In this document: in pieces, positions 40,083 through 50,411 of the stretch | Numbering within the stretch: position 1 is the stretch's first letter | Layout: each line of letters opens with the position of its first letter | The notes under the pieces: generated by a model | What the model was told of the DNA's origin: nothing | Seen by the model: the letters and a program-made list of their open reading frames with translations, nothing else | Database searches by the model: none | Translations under genes and position numbers: made by a program | DNA from: Alphaproteobacteria bacterium | GTDB lineage: Bacteria; Pseudomonadota; Alphaproteobacteria; MPNO01; UBA830 | Direction: 5' to 3' | Assembly (NCBI GenBank): GCA_964291215.2 | Contig: OZ219790.1 | Span: 416,001-480,000, forward strand | DNA: 64,000 bases

Positions 40083-43000
40083 TCACCATAATCGCAGATG
40101 TTCAGGGCATCGTCGAGGTCGAGGGCGATGAGCGCGGTGGGGACATGCCCGGCGAGGCCTTCGATGACGATCCTGATCTGCTGGGCATCGACTTCGACGT
40201 CCCAGGCGGGGCAGAAACAGAAGTTCGGATTGTCCGGCAGGGTCTGCGCGGTCATGGCGTCGGTCTCCTTGTCGGGTCGCCCGGCCGGCATCATGGATTC
40301 TGGCGGGCGGCGGCGCGAGCCTGTCTTCGGGTGGGTTCGCAGACGGTACCGGCCCCTCGATCTCGACCCGGTCGGCGCCCATCAGGCGGCGGCGGGCGAG
40401 CCGCCAGCCATTGGCGAGCGGGTTGCCGCGTTCCATCACCGCTTCGAAGGCTTCCGCGCCGGTCATGGCGGGGCCGCCGTCAAGGCCGAAGCCGGCGCGC
40501 ACGGCGCGCACCTGCTCCGCGTCGAGCACGCGCCCGATGAGGACCATGCCGTCGTCCGAGGTGAGCCGGCGGACGCGCATGTTCTCGGCCGGGAGGCGGT
40601 CCCAGACGGGCATCAGCAGGCCGGTGGCGAGCCAAAAGCAGGACTCGCGGTGGGACGGCAGGCCGGCGGTCTCGGCGTCCCAGAGCATGCGCCAGTGCCG
40701 TTCGTCGGCATGGCTCCAGTTGGAAGCGGCGAACTCGGCCCGGGCCATGCGGTCCCGGGCGGTGGGGCGGAGCAGTTGCACGCGTTCCTGCACCCCGCCG
40801 TCGTCGAGCATGCGCGACGGGGCGGGCAGCAGGACGGCGGCGCGCTTCGAGCGCGCGTTGACCGCCAGACGGGGCTTCCCGTCCGGCCCCGGATCGCGGC
40901 TTCCGATCTCCAGCGCGGCATCGGCCGTGAGCGGCGCCAGCCTGTCGCGGCGGACGATCCCGACCAGTTCGGTTGCGGCCCCGGCGCCGGGATGCTCATG
41001 GAGCGTCTCCCTGCCGGCGACGGCGAGCGAGTCGGCGGTGACGGTCTCGACCCCCCGCTCGTAGCTGCCGGCCTCGATCGCCTGCTCGATATTGGCGGCG
41101 ATGCGCTCCTCCAGCGCGGCGATGAGCCGGTTCTGCTCGGCGATGGGGAGCGCCAGCAGCCGGTTGAGGAACTTCGGCATCGGCGGCAGGTCGTCCTTCA
41201 GCCCGCCCTCGTGGACGATCCTGAGGCCGGTCGACTCCTGGAACCGTTCCGTGTTCCAGCCCTTGATGGCGCCGCGCCAGAGCGCGCCGTAGAACTGCCT
41301 GAGCGCCGCCTTCGCGTAGGCGCTCTCCAGGTTGTCGCTCTCGCGGAACAGCGCGGCGTCGCCCATGGCGGTCTGGCTGTCGCGCTGGCCGCGGGTGATG
41401 GCGCCCAGGCTGTCGAGCCGCCAGGCGATGGTGGCGATGAAGCGGCGCTCGCCCTTCACGTCCGTGGTGACGGGCCGGAAGAGCGGCGCGCTGGCCTGGT
41501 GCGTCCTGTGGGTGCGGCCCAGCCCCTGGATGGCCTGGTCGGCCCGCCAGCCGGGCTCCAGCAGGTAGTGGATGCGCCGCTCCGTGTTCCCGCAGGAGAG
41601 GTCGGCGTGGTAGCTGCGCCCGGTGCCGCCGGCCATGGAGAACACCAGGATGCGCTTGGTTCCGTCCATGAAGGCGGCAGTCTCGGCGAGGTTGGCGGAG
41701 GCGGGCCGCGAGCGCAGCGCGAGGCGTTCGCCCCTTGCGTCCACAATGCGCAGCACCCGCCGCGACCGGCCGGTGACCTCAGCGCCGGCCTCGTGCCCGA
41801 AATGCTGCACGATCCGGTCCAGCGCCGTCGGCACCGGCGGGAGCGCGGCGAGCTTCCCGATCAGCGCGTCGCGCCGCTCCTCGGCTTCCCTGCAGGCGAT
41901 CGTGTTGCCGTCGGCGTCCCTGGCGGGGCGGCTGAGCAGCTTGCCGCCGTCGTCGGTGAAGGGCTCCTGCAACTGCACCGGGAAGGCGTGCATCAGGCAG
42001 GACAGGATGGCGTCCCGGGGCGTGAGGTCGATGTTGAGATCGTCCCACTCCGAGGCCGGGACCTCGGCGATGCGCCGCTCCATGAGCGCCTCGCCGGTCG
42101 AGACCAGCTGGACCACGGCCGACCGGCCGGCTTCGAGGTCGGCCTCGATGGCGCGGATCAGGCTCGGACACTTCATGCCGGTGAGCAGATGGCCGAAGAA
42201 GCGCTGCTTCGTGCCCTCGAAGGCGCTCAGTGCTGCCGCTTTTGCGCTCCTGTTGAGCGTGTCCTCGCCCCGGACGATGCCGGTGGCCTTCAGCGCCTCC
42301 CCGATATTGTGGTGGATCACCTTGAAGGCGCCGGCATAGGCGTCGTAGATGCGGCGCTGCTCGGGTGTGAGCGGGTGTTCGAGGATATCGACCTCGACGC
42401 CGTCATAGGCGAGCGCGCGCGCCTGGTAGAGGCCGAGCGCCTTCAGGTCCCTGGCGACGACCTCCATCGCGGCGACGCCGCCGGCTTCCATGGCGGAGAT
42501 GAACTCGACGCGCTTCTCGAACGGCGTCTCGCCGGCGCCCCAGAGGCCGAGCCGTCCGGCATAGGCCAGGCCCGGCAGCGTGGTGGCGCCGGTCGCGGAC
42601 ACATAGGCGATGCGGGCGTCGGGCAATGCGTTCTGGAGCCTGAGCCCGGCCTTTCCCTGCTGCGACGGCTTGGTGTCGCCGCGTTCGCTCTTCGAGCCGG
42701 CGGCGTTGGCCATGGCGTGGGCCTCGTCGAAGACGATGACCCCGTCGAAGGCGTGGCGGTCCTCCTCGTCCAATGAGCCGGCGAGCCATTCGACGATCTG
42801 TTCCAGCCGCGACGGCCTGCCTTGGCGGGACGGCGAGCGCAGCGTGGCGTAGGTGGCGAACAGGATGCCCTCGTCGAGGGGGATCTCCCTCCCCTGGCGA
42901 AAGGCGCCGAGCGGGATGACGTCGCTTTCCAGCCCGCCGAGCGCGGTCCAGTCGCGCCTTGCGTCCTCCAGCAGCTTGTCGGACTGCGACAGCCAGAGGG

Positions 43001-44711
43001 CGCGCTTCCGGCCCCTCAGCCGGTTGTCGAGGATGACGGCGGCGACCTGCCGGCCCTTGCCGCAGCCGGTGCCGTCGCCCAGCATCCAGCCCCGGCGGAA
43101 ACGCACCGGCAGGGTCTCGTCCCCGGATCGAGTCCGGGGCAGGCTGTCCCGGGTGGCCGGAGACGTGCCGGGTTCTTCAACTTCGCCGTCCTGCGGGCAG
43201 CGGTGGACGGTCTCCCAGCCGGAGCCGATACGGTACTGCGCTGCCAGATGGCGGGAATGGGCCTCGCCCGCCAGCACGACGCTCTCCAGCTGGGCGTCGG
43301 ACAGGAGGCCGTCGGTAACCACGCGCTCCGGCAGCATGGGCCGGTATGCCGGCGCCGGATGGGGCACGGCGGCCATGGCGGCGGACTGCACCAGCGGCGT
43401 CGGATGCTCGACCGCCCCCGGCACCCGCACCGCGCCGGGCCGCCAGGGTGCCCAGGGGCCGGTGTCGGCGGCGGGACGGGTATCCTGTTCGGCGGGTTCG
43501 ACCGGCTCGGTCTCGACGACCAGCTCCGTAACCGGCCCCCGGTCATGGGCCTGCTGCGTCTCGGGCGTCGATGCGGATTTCGGACCCCGCAGCTTCGCGG
43601 GCGGCGGCGCGACGGCTGCGCCGAACAGGTCGCGGGCGGGTCCGGCGGGAACGGATGCGATGGGCTGGCGCTTCGGCACGCGCGCGATGACGGCATCGAG
43701 CAGCCCGGCAGCGGTCGCGGCGCGGGCGGTCGTGTCCAGCTCGACTTCAGGTCCGGCGCCGCGCTCCAGCACGGTGAGGCGGGTGTCGAATCCGGTGCCG
43801 CGCCTGGCATAGGCGCGGCCGTCGAGCGCCATGGTGAAGATGCAGCGGGCGTCGTCGATCGAGCCGAAGGCATCGCGCCATGCGGTGTCGCCGGGCGCGC
43901 AATGGGCCGAGGTGACCGCGACCAGCCGCCCGCCGGGCGGCAGCATCGAGGCGGCCGAGCGGACATGGCGCAGATCGGCGCCGCGGGCGGTGCGGTCGAC
44001 GCCGGGCGTCGCCGAGAAGGGCGGGTTCATCAGCACCACGGTGGGACGGACATCGCGCAGCCGGTCGGCGATGGTCTCGGCGTCGAACGCGGTGACGGCG
44101 GCCCCGGGGAAGAGCCGCGTCAGCAACCCCGCCCGCGTGGGCGCGTATTCATTGAGATGGAGCGCGTCTGCCGCCCGGTCGCCGAGCGCGCACTGCGCCA
44201 TCACCGCCAGCATGCCGGTGCCGGCGGACGGCTCCAGCACGACATCGCCCGGCCGGATCGCGGCGGCCTGGAGGACAGCATAGGCGAGCGGCAGCGGGGT
44301 CGAGAACTGCTGGAGCCGGACCTGTTCCTCCGAGCGCCTGGTGTGCGAGGGTTCCAGCGCGGCGAGCACTTCCAGCATCGCCAGCATGCGGCGGGGTCCG
44401 CCGGCACCCGCATTGCGGCGCATGGCCCGGGCGTAGCGCTGCATGAAGATCACCACGGCCGCTTCGGCGGCTTCATAGGCGTCCTTCCAGACCCAGCCGC
44501 CCTCGGCGTCGGTGGCGCCGAAGGCCTCCGTCATGGCGGCGCGCAGCGTCGCGGCGTCGAGCGGCCGTCCGGCCTCCAGCGCCGGCAGCAGGGTTCGGGC
44601 GGCGGCGATCAGGGCGTCGCCCGCGGCCGGGCGGGCCGGGGATGCGGGCGGGTTGGTGGCGAGCGCGGGAAGGGGCGGACGCGCGTCCGGCGCCTGCGGG
44701 GCGTCTAGCAT
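40083..44711 (-). CDS. Strawberry-notch family protein: N6-methyltransferase-like + SF2 helicase/NTPase; C-terminus probably truncated near 40350
   Basis: QQFSTP, LEPSAGTG, MNPPFS, LGDGTGCGKGRQ, DEAH, SATG and QGLGRTHR. After RVEIEGP the ORF runs out of frame over the next gene. Confidence 0.88.
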   Translation of the reverse strand: MLDAPQAPDARPPLPALATNPPASPARPAAGDALIAAARTLLPALEAGRPLDAATLRAAMTEAFGATDAEGGWVWKDAYEAAEAAVVIFMQRYARAMRRNAGAGGPRRMLAMLEVLAALEPSHTRRSEEQVRLQQFSTPLPLAYAVLQAAAIRPGDVVLEPSAGTGMLAVMAQCALGDRAADALHLNEYAPTRAGLLTRLFPGAAVTAFDAETIADRLRDVRPTVVLMNPPFSATPGVDRTARGADLRHVRSAASMLPPGGRLVAVTSAHCAPGDTAWRDAFGSIDDARCIFTMALDGRAYARRGTGFDTRLTVLERGAGPEVELDTTARAATAAGLLDAVIARVPKRQPIASVPAGPARDLFGAAVAPPPAKLRGPKSASTPETQQAHDRGPVTELVVETEPVEPAEQDTRPAADTGPWAPWRPGAVRVPGAVEHPTPLVQSAAMAAVPHPAPAYRPMLPERVVTDGLLSDAQLESVVLAGEAHSRHLAAQYRIGSGWETVHRCPQDGEVEEPGTSPATRDSLPRTRSGDETLPVRFRRGWMLGDGTGCGKGRQVAAVILDNRLRGRKRALWLSQSDKLLEDARRDWTALGGLESDVIPLGAFRQGREIPLDEGILFATYATLRSPSRQGRPSRLEQIVEWLAGSLDEEDRHAFDGVIVFDEAHAMANAAGSKSERGDTKPSQQGKAGLRLQNALPDARIAYVSATGATTLPGLAYAGRLGLWGAGETPFEKRVEFISAMEAGGVAAMEVVARDLKALGLYQARALAYDGVEVDILEHPLTPEQRRIYDAYAGAFKVIHHNIGEALKATGIVRGEDTLNRSAKAAALSAFEGTKQRFFGHLLTGMKCPSLIRAIEADLEAGRSAVVQLVSTGEALMERRIAEVPASEWDDLNIDLTPRDAILSCLMHAFPVQLQEPFTDDGGKLLSRPARDADGNTIACREAEERRDALIGKLAALPPVPTALDRIVQHFGHEAGAEVTGRSRRVLRIVDARGERLALRSRPASANLAETAAFMDGTKRILVFSMAGGTGRSYHADLSCGNTERRIHYLLEPGWRADQAIQGLGRTHRTHQASAPLFRPVTTDVKGERRFIATIAWRLDSLGAITRGQRDSQTAMGDAALFRESDNLESAYAKAALRQFYGALWRGAIKGWNTERFQESTGLRIVHEGGLKDDLPPMPKFLNRLLALPIAEQNRLIAALEERIAANIEQAIEAGSYERGVETVTADSLAVAGRETLHEHPGAGAATELVGIVRRDRLAPLTADAALEIGSRDPGPDGKPRLAVNARSKRAAVLLPAPSRMLDDGGVQERVQLLRPTARDRMARAEFAASNWSHADERHWRMLWDAETAGLPSHRESCFWLATGLLMPVWDRLPAENMRVRRLTSDDGMVLIGRVLDAEQVRAVRAGFGLDGGPAMTGAEAFEAVMERGNPLANGWRLARRRLMGADRVEIEGPVPSANPPEDRLAPPPARIHDAGRATRQGDRRHDRADPAGQSELLFLPRLGRRSRCPADQDRHRRPRRACPHRAHRPRPRRCPEHLRLW

Positions 44712-45246
44712 GGACAGTCTCCGTGCTGGAAGGCGGGAAGCGGGCCGGCGGCGCAAGTCCTCCCGCGCCGCCCGGCGGACCGCCCCCGGACGGCTGGCCG
44801 GACTCCCGCCGGCGGGACGCACGGAGACGCGAAGATGGAGGGAATTGGCCGGAACGGCCGGTCCGCCCGGGCCGTGTCAGTGGGGCTGCGGAGGGCGCTC
44901 AGGCATGAAGACGGATAAGTACGGCCGCGGCAAAATCGGCCGCAGCGTTGCCGATAGCAGCCGGAATTCTCGAATCGTATTCAGGCGATGATTGAGCCGA
45001 TGAACGAAAGATACGGCCGCGCGGTCTCGTGGGAGGATTTGATGTTCACCGTCGAAACAGCGCAAGGCGAGCAAGCGATGGGCGGGAAGGCGCCTGGCGG
45101 GCGATCAAGACCGCCTGAAACCGGTTGGCAAGGCCGCGCCGGACCGCGTCCAACCCGGCAGGATGCGCAGTTCCGACAAGTCGCCGGGGAACGTTCGGAT
45201 GGCCGCAGCCGGCGGAGCGGCCGGCTGAGGAGGCTGAGAGACCTGT

Positions 45247-46278
45247 CTATTCCCGTTCGGTCGGCGCGGTCCCGCCGATAGTGAACGTCCCCAGACCCCG
45301 AAAGAGCCTCTCCCGGGCAAGCGTATCGTCGCGCTCGATAGCGCGCCGCGCCACATTCAGCAGGTCCGGTTCGGGAGGGGCGCTCCCCGGGGCGTACATG
45401 CGCGGCATGACGGTAGCGAGGGCGTAGCCGGTGCTGCCCATGTGGGTGTAGGCGGGACCGGCGACGGAGGCGGCTTCGGCGATGCGCATGGTGACATCGA
45501 CCGTGCGGGCGCGGACGTCGGACAGGCGCTTGACGTCAACGTTCCGATGCTCGAATCCGGCGGGAAGGCCTTCATGCCTGAAAACGTGCTCAAGGCGGGC
45601 GGAACCGTCCTCATCGACGCTGAGCCATGCGCCGTGGCAGAGTGCGTTGCGCCAGGGCCGGAGTTCATCGAGGCGCGCGACGAGATCCTCACGAACGGCG
45701 CGGGGAATCAGCCCGCCTTCGGTCAGGACCCGGTCGAGTTCGCAGGTGAGGTGGTACAGACCGTCGGTCTGGGAGCGCAGGAGTCGCTTATACCACTCGG
45801 ACAGGGCTTCATGGTCGTTCTCCTCAAGAAGGGCGATTGCCCTCTCGCCCGTCCCCAGGAGCGCGTAGCAGGTGGAGGCCAGAATGTGCTCCAGGTAGCC
45901 GAAGGCGGCTACGGTCTTGCCGAGTTCCTGCCAGAAGGCGGCGGGCCCCTGGTTCATCGGCCAGTCGGGCGGCAGGGCGTCACGGTCGATGGGCAGACAG
46001 CGGCGCATCCGTTCGCGGGCCTCGCGGATCGCATCGGGGTCGCGGGATACGGCGAGCCGGCGAACGAACCATGCGCCGTTCTTCCGGTTGGGGCGCTGCA
46101 CCTGGCCTGCAATACGCCCGGCACACAGCAATCTGCGCAACGGCAGGCCGTTCTTGCGGTTTCGCAGGAGGCTGGCCTTGTCGAGCCAGCGCGCGGCCTC
46201 TACGGCGCGGACTTCCTCGTGCCACTCCTGTTCGAGCCGTTCCTGAAGATGAAGATTGATGGCGTAGAGGTCGGGCAT
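45247..46278 (-). CDS. Hypothetical protein with basic N-terminal domain and C-terminal helical domain carrying an Rx4H (HEPN-like) motif
   Basis: 343-aa ORF with ELGKTVAAFGYLE..LRPWRNALCHGAW. Confidence 0.55.
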   Translation of the reverse strand: MPDLYAINLHLQERLEQEWHEEVRAVEAARWLDKASLLRNRKNGLPLRRLLCAGRIAGQVQRPNRKNGAWFVRRLAVSRDPDAIREARERMRRCLPIDRDALPPDWPMNQGPAAFWQELGKTVAAFGYLEHILASTCYALLGTGERAIALLEENDHEALSEWYKRLLRSQTDGLYHLTCELDRVLTEGGLIPRAVREDLVARLDELRPWRNALCHGAWLSVDEDGSARLEHVFRHEGLPAGFEHRNVDVKRLSDVRARTVDVTMRIAEAASVAGPAYTHMGSTGYALATVMPRMYAPGSAPPEPDLLNVARRAIERDDTLARERLFRGLGTFTIGGTAPTERE

Positions 46279-46437
46279 GGGGACTGCCGGGTGTATCGAG
46301 CAAGAGCGTCGATGGATTGCCTGACGGAGTACGGCACTGTCAATGATCGGTCAGCGACGGACGATTGGGGGCGAAGGGCGCCTGCGACGCGACGAAAATC
46401 CACGATTGGCGGGGTGAAGTCCAGTCGATGCACCCTG

Positions 46438-46869
46438 TCAGTCGAACCGGTTTCCAGAGACCGCAAACGACCGGGAGTTGGCCGCAATTGTTTCGTCGCC
46501 CGCTTCGTCCGAGCTCAGGTGTTCGTACTCGGTGCGAAGCTGGCGGTAGAGCCAGCACGCGAGGGCGCACATGGCCCCGGTCACCGTGTCCCCGGCATCG
46601 TCCGTCGGCAGCTGCCGGATCGGGCTGTCCCGTTCCACCTCGGTGGACATGGTGTATTCGTGGCAGTAGCGCCCGCGCTGGCGGATCGTGGCATGCAGCT
46701 GGTGGTAATTTCGCTTCTGGATGGTCTGCAATGCATCCGCGATGCGGTGCAACTCGTCATCCTTGGGGGCGCAGGCGCGAATGGCTTTGGCGGCGCCTCT
46801 GGCGTGGCTGTAGTGACCGGCGAACGAGGCGCCCTGATTCCAGAAACCCGTGAAGAAGACCTGCGGCAT
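46438..46869 (-). pseudogene. C-terminal part of a conserved ICE protein (often annotated as antitoxin of a toxin-antitoxin stability system)
   Basis: GRYCHEYTM..VERDSP..LACWLYRQLRTEYEHL. Shorter than typical members. Confidence 0.5.
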
Positions 46870-46871
46870 TG

Positions 46872-47380
46872 TCAGCCCTCCTGCGGACGGGGGATGCCGG
46901 CCACGCGCACGAACCGGACCGCTTCCCGGACACGGCGGAGCGCGACGCGGTCGTGTTCGGCCCGGGACCACCGGGCGGGCCGGCGCGAGAATCAGCAGAA
47001 TCCGCGACGAAGCCGTCCGCACAGGCCACGAAGTGGCTGCTCGCGGAGATCGTCCATGTCCCGGCGGGCGCGGCGTCGAGGAACGCGCCCAGCGTGATCG
47101 CGCGCTCGTCGAAGGGGACGCCGGCGAAGAGGGGCTCCCATTCCCGCTCGCGCCGGGCGAAACAGCGGTTCCGGTATTTCGGATGGCGGAGCGCGTAGTC
47201 CGGCGCCCACCCGAACGCTTCGAGCGCGGCGGCGAGTTCGTCGATGAAGACGCCGTTCACCGACGGCCGGTCGAACAGGCGGCGGATGACGGCGGCGGCC
47301 TCATGGGTCGGCACGCCGGCGATCGCGGAAATGGCGGACGGGCTGCACTTCGTGGCGCGGCCGGTGATCCGGTGGAGCAT
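46872..47380 (-). pseudogene. Hypothetical protein, probably frameshifted near 46990
   Basis: MLHRITGRATKCSPSAISAIAG..HFVAC. GGAG RBS; sequence turns low-complexity after ADS. Confidence 0.4.
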
Positions 47381-47464
47381 GGCGGTCTCCGGGCTGGGTG
47401 GCGGGGGATCGGCCCGACGCGGCGCGGACCGCGGTCGCACCGGGGAGGTCCATCGGTTCGCCTT

Positions 47465-48199
47465 TCAGAGCAACCCCCTCTCGTGGAAGCTCACGGAGCC
47501 GGTCGGCGTGACGATCAGATGGTCGAGCAGCGTGACCTCGATGGTCTTCAGCGCGTCGCGGAGGCGGTCGGTCATGGCGATGTCGGCGCGGGACGGTTCG
47601 GGCGAACCGCCCGGGTGGTTGTGGACCGCGATGACCGCGCTGGCCTGAAGCTCCAGACAGCGGATGCAGACCTCCCGGGGATAGGTGTGGCAGACGGAGC
47701 CCTTCTGGAGGCGCTCGTCGGCAATGAGGAGATTGTTGCGGTTCAGGTACAGCAGCCTGAATTCCTCGACCTCGCGGTGGCCGGCGAGGGTGCGGCAATA
47801 CTCGATCACCCTGTCGTAGCCGGCGAGGGACGGGCGCAGGGTGTCGGGCATTTCGGCCCGCGCCATGCGGATGGCGAGCGCTTCGGCGGCCTTGAGGGCG
47901 GCGATGGCGTCTTCCGGCAGGCCCGGCACGGTGCGCAGGCGGTCCGGGCGGGCGGCGAGCGCGCGCGGCGCCGTGCCGAAGGTGTCCAGCAATGCGCGGG
48001 CGAGCGCCCCGGCATCGTCCACCGGCGGGCGCCCGGAGAGCAGCAGTTCGAGCAGGTCGCGGTCGTCGACCGCCTCGCGCCCGGCGCGGAGGAAACGGCG
48101 CTGGAGCCGGCGGCGGTCCACGGCCTTCCGGACCGATGCCGGCGCTGCGGGCATGTCGTGCAGCGGCATGTCGTCGAGACCTGGCGAGGAATCGGGCAT
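47465..48199 (-). CDS. radC: RadC-family JAB-domain protein
   Basis: DLLELLL, EEFRLLYLN, YPREV, VHNHPGGSPEPSRAD and LLDHLIV. Confidence 0.93.
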   Translation of the reverse strand: MPDSSPGLDDMPLHDMPAAPASVRKAVDRRRLQRRFLRAGREAVDDRDLLELLLSGRPPVDDAGALARALLDTFGTAPRALAARPDRLRTVPGLPEDAIAALKAAEALAIRMARAEMPDTLRPSLAGYDRVIEYCRTLAGHREVEEFRLLYLNRNNLLIADERLQKGSVCHTYPREVCIRCLELQASAVIAVHNHPGGSPEPSRADIAMTDRLRDALKTIEVTLLDHLIVTPTGSVSFHERGLL

Positions 48200-48302
48200 G
48201 GCGGCGTCCTCCGCGGGTTTGAAGGGAAACGCCCGGTTCCGGCGAGCGGGACGGGCCGATGGCGGAACGGGGCAGCGTCGGGGCGAACGGATCCCGGGCG
48301 GG

Positions 48303-48491
48303 TCAACGGGCCGGAACTTCCGGGTCCGGGCCGAGTTCGACCGCGACCCTGCCGTCGGTGACGGCGATGGTGACCGTGCGGTCCGGCGGCATCAGCAGGT
48401 CGGTCCACACGGCGATGGCGCGTTTCCGCACCTCGTCGCCGGGGTCACGCGGAGCGGTCGCTTCGGGGGCGGGCATGGCGGCCAGCGTCAT
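48303..48491 (-). CDS. Small hypothetical protein (62 aa)
   Basis: ATGA-coupled to the upstream gene, with a GGAG RBS. Confidence 0.4.
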   Translation of the reverse strand: MTLAAMPAPEATAPRDPGDEVRKRAIAVWTDLLMPPDRTVTIAVTDGRVAVELGPDPEVPAR

Positions 48492-50303
48492 GGCTGCGGT
48501 CTCCCTTGATGGCGAGCCGTCCCGGCGCACGGCGGCGCCGGGACGGCTTCGGGGGAGCGCGGAGGCGGTCGGGCGCCGTCCGCCGCGCTTCCGTCGCCGA
48601 GGATCACGGTCACGTCGGGTCGGCGGATGCGGATGTCGACGGCGCGGTCGCGGGGCGCAAGCCACATCAGCTCGCGCCGCACCGCCTCGGCGATGGATGC
48701 CCGGCAGGCCTCGTCGTCGGACAGCAGCAGGCGGGTCGCCAGGTGCAGCGCGTCCTCCTCGAAGCGGTTGCGCTGGGTCTCCCAGCTGTCGGCGTCGGCA
48801 TCGTCGGAGGGCGAAAAGAACCCCGCCATGAGCAGCGCGGCGAGCTCGTGCGGCTGAAGTGGGCTGTCTTCGGTGACCAGCGGCATGGCCTCGTCGATCT
48901 AGGACCAGGCCTCGCCGGCGAACGCCATGTCGGCCGGCAGGTCGAGGGTGCGTTCCGGACCCGACGTCGGGCGGACGGCGAGCGCGATGCGGATGGCGGC
49001 GGGGCGGGCCGGCAGCGGCGCGAGACGGCCCGGGCAGCGGATACTCCGCGAGCGTTGTCCAGTCGTCCCCGGCAGCGACCCGGACGGCTATATCCGTCAC
49101 CCGGTCGAGCGCATCGTACCAGCCATGGCCCTCCAGCCGCCGGTCGGCCTCGAAGAGCCGCGGCGCGATGCCGGCGCGTTCGGCGGCGCGCCACAGCGCC
49201 TGCGCCTCCGGCGGCTCCGGATCGCGGTCCATGACCAGGGCGTCATGGCCGGCATCGGCCAGCTTGCCCGGTTCGCGCCAGTCGTTGCAGTCGGCGATCA
49301 TGGGCCGCCAGGGCCGCAGGGCGGCCGGCGGCGGCGCGATGGCGATGCCGGCCTTGCGCGCCCGCGTCCAGTCGGCGAAGGCCGGGCGCGGCGAGGGGTC
49401 GGCCGCCATGGCGCGCCAGACCGCCAGCCGCGCGGCCTCGCGCATCTCTCCGGGAAAGGCGTTCTCGACCGCTTCCTTGCGGGCCGGCAGGACCAGTTCG
49501 AGGTCCGGGCAGTCTTCCAGATCCGCCAATACGGTCCAGGTCGCGCCGTGGACGGTCTCGACCGTGGGCAGGCGGAGCGCCAGGGTCAGCCCGAAGAAAT
49601 TGAGGTCGGGGTCGTTGTAGCCGCTGCGGCGGTCCTTGAAGACCCCGAAGACGAGGCCGCGCCAGGGCTCGACATGGACCGCGCCGTCGAGAAAGGCGCG
49701 GCGGGGCAGTTCCTCCCCGGCGCCGTCTCCCCCGCCGTCCTCAAAGACGACCGGCAGCGGGTAGTGGCGGGCGGCGTTCCCGGCCGCGTTGCGGATGGCC
49801 AGGGCGGGTTTGGTGGCCTCGAACGAGACTGCCGTCCCGCAGGGATACGGGGCCTCGTTATCGCCCTGCACCCCGGCGTCGGCCTCCCCGAGGAAATGCG
49901 CCGGTTGCAGCGCGACGTGCCAGCCGGGCAATGTCTCCCCGTCCGGCGAGCGGGGCCGCGAGGAGACGGCGCAGTTGCGGCGCGCGAGGCTGGCGAAGCC
50001 GAAGCCGGCGGCGTCCTCGCGGCGGACCAGCGCGTCGTCCCAGCCGTTCTCGCCGAAGCTGAGCAGCACGGCAGGATCGGCGATGCCGTCGTCGGAAACG
50101 GTGACGGTGAGCGGCGTCTCGCCCGCAATGGCGGCGGTTTCGTGCGCCGGGGCGGCGGCAACCGAGATGCGCACCCGCCGGGCGCCGGCGCGGCGGCTGT
50201 TCTGCAATGTCTCGGCGAAGATGTCGGCCAGGGTTGCGGTGTAGATGCGGGTGACCCGCTTCACGGCGGTTTCGTGGATGCGGGCGCGGATCGTCCGGTT
50301 CAT
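48488..50303 (-). pseudogene. GHKL-like ATP-binding protein with frameshift (about 49010) and nonsense codon (about 48900)
   Basis: ETLQNSRRAGA, VSDDG, EDAAGFGFASL. The C-terminal frame reads AWS-TAG-IDEAMPL. Confidence 0.75.
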
Positions 50304-50411
50304 GGACGGACCTCCATGGATTGCTGAAACGGAAACGCCCCGCCGGCGCTACCCAGGGCCTGAAGCCCGGAGCAATGCGCCGGCGGGGCGTCTTGCGGGG
50401 TCTGCGGTCGC

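Larger units (their letters stand above)
36380..40091 (+). mobile_element. RIT (recombinase in trio) element
   Basis: Three ATGA-coupled tyrosine recombinases. Perfect 45-bp inverted repeats at 36400-36444 and 40053-40097. TCGCAG direct repeat at 36374-36379 and 40092-40097. Lower GC than flanks. Confidence 0.92.
36268..40255 (-). pseudogene. Small hypothetical gene (about 89 aa) split by the RIT element: 40255-40092 joined to 36373-36268
   Basis: MTAQTLPDNP..LDDALNICD joins in frame to KLNRRLGYDREAWTAMVAASMRAEDGDPDSEPWH-stop across the duplicated TCGCAG. Confidence 0.75.

Noticed and set aside
47465-48199. RadC JAB as the missing deubiquitinase of the Ubl operon
   Set aside because: It is an ordinary ICE-backbone RadC 23 kb away with no operon link.
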